Below, piece after piece: positions 63,251 to 64,000 of a stretch of DNA of 64,000 nt. Source of the stretch: Malacoraja senta (Eukaryota); assembly GCA_038087875.1 (NCBI GenBank), contig CM075989.1:24864001-24928000 (forward strand). The letters run 5' to 3'. How positions within the stretch are numbered: the stretch's first letter is position 1; every line of letters starts with the position of its first letter. The position numbers and the translations under genes were made by a program. The notes below the pieces were generated by a model. The model worked only from the letters and a program-made list of their open reading frames with translations. It had not been told where the DNA came from and ran no database searches.

Positions 63251-64000
63251 AGCAGCCTGGTTTAACTGTGCCCTTGGCAGGCCGGCGTTATAATGTAAAT
63301 GTATAGCCAGATGGCCACGTTCCCCACTGCACACTGCTCGGGTCACGAACACCTCTTGGGAACGAAGCCCTGCTATAACCTGGAGAGGATTTGTGTGTTC
63401 CACATCAAACACCACCACGGCTGGTAAACCAGTCACGGGGGGGGGGTAAAGTGAGGGTTAGGACAAGCACAAAGGCAGAGAGAGGCAAGGACAGACCCCG
63501 GGCTGGGAGACTGACCGATGATCAATGCCAACGTTTAATTCACCAACGTCACATAAATCAAACACCTATTTAGACAAATGCAAGTCAGGCACATTTATCA
63601 TTCATGGAAATAACTGTATCCGTTTTTTATTTTAAACCAAAAAGGACCTATAGAGATGATGGAATTTAATTTAGATTGTCAAGTGAAGTCAAGTCACATG
63701 TATTTATATATATAGCACATTTAAAAAACAACTCTGAGTTAGTCTGAAACTCAGAGTAGTCAGTACCCCGTTCCTGCCTTCTCCCCATATCCCCTGGCTC
63801 CGCTATTTTTAAGAGCCCTATCTAGCTCTCTCTTGAAAGCATCCAGAGAACCGGCCTCCACCGCCCTCTGAGGCAGAGAATTCCACAGACTCACAACTCT
63901 CTGTGAGAAAAAGTGTTTCCTCGTCTCCGTTCTAAATGGCTTACCCTTATTCTTAACAAATAACACAATATAGAACAGTACAGCACTGGTACAGGCCCTT

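Overview
Vertebrate genomic DNA, most likely a cartilaginous fish such as a skate or ray (inferred from HE1/V-SINE, HER1/CR1 and Penelope repeat content). It contains the conserved block TMC3 (last 5 coding exons, +), STARD5 (complete, 6 coding exons, 210 aa, +) and IL16 (17 coding exons of the long multi-PDZ isoform, -, 5' end outside the window). All exons were joined by hand with GT-AG sites and consistent phases, except one apparent 1-nt deletion in the large IL16 exon. Gene identities rest on recalled similarity to the human proteins, not on a database search. Introns are packed with transposons: a young Penelope-like element with a 566-bp inverted repeat, many short Penelope terminal-repeat insertions carrying minimal hammerhead-ribozyme motifs and 13-19-bp target-site duplications, 66-bp tandem arrays derived from them, a full-length Tc1 with a catalytic D-to-N change, L2/CR1/Rex1/Vingi fragments, SINEs and two non-autonomous DNA transposons. 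Notable regulatory candidates are an ERSE-like element plus four ZNF143-type motifs at STARD5 and an ETS/RUNX cluster that may be the internal pro-IL-16 promoter.
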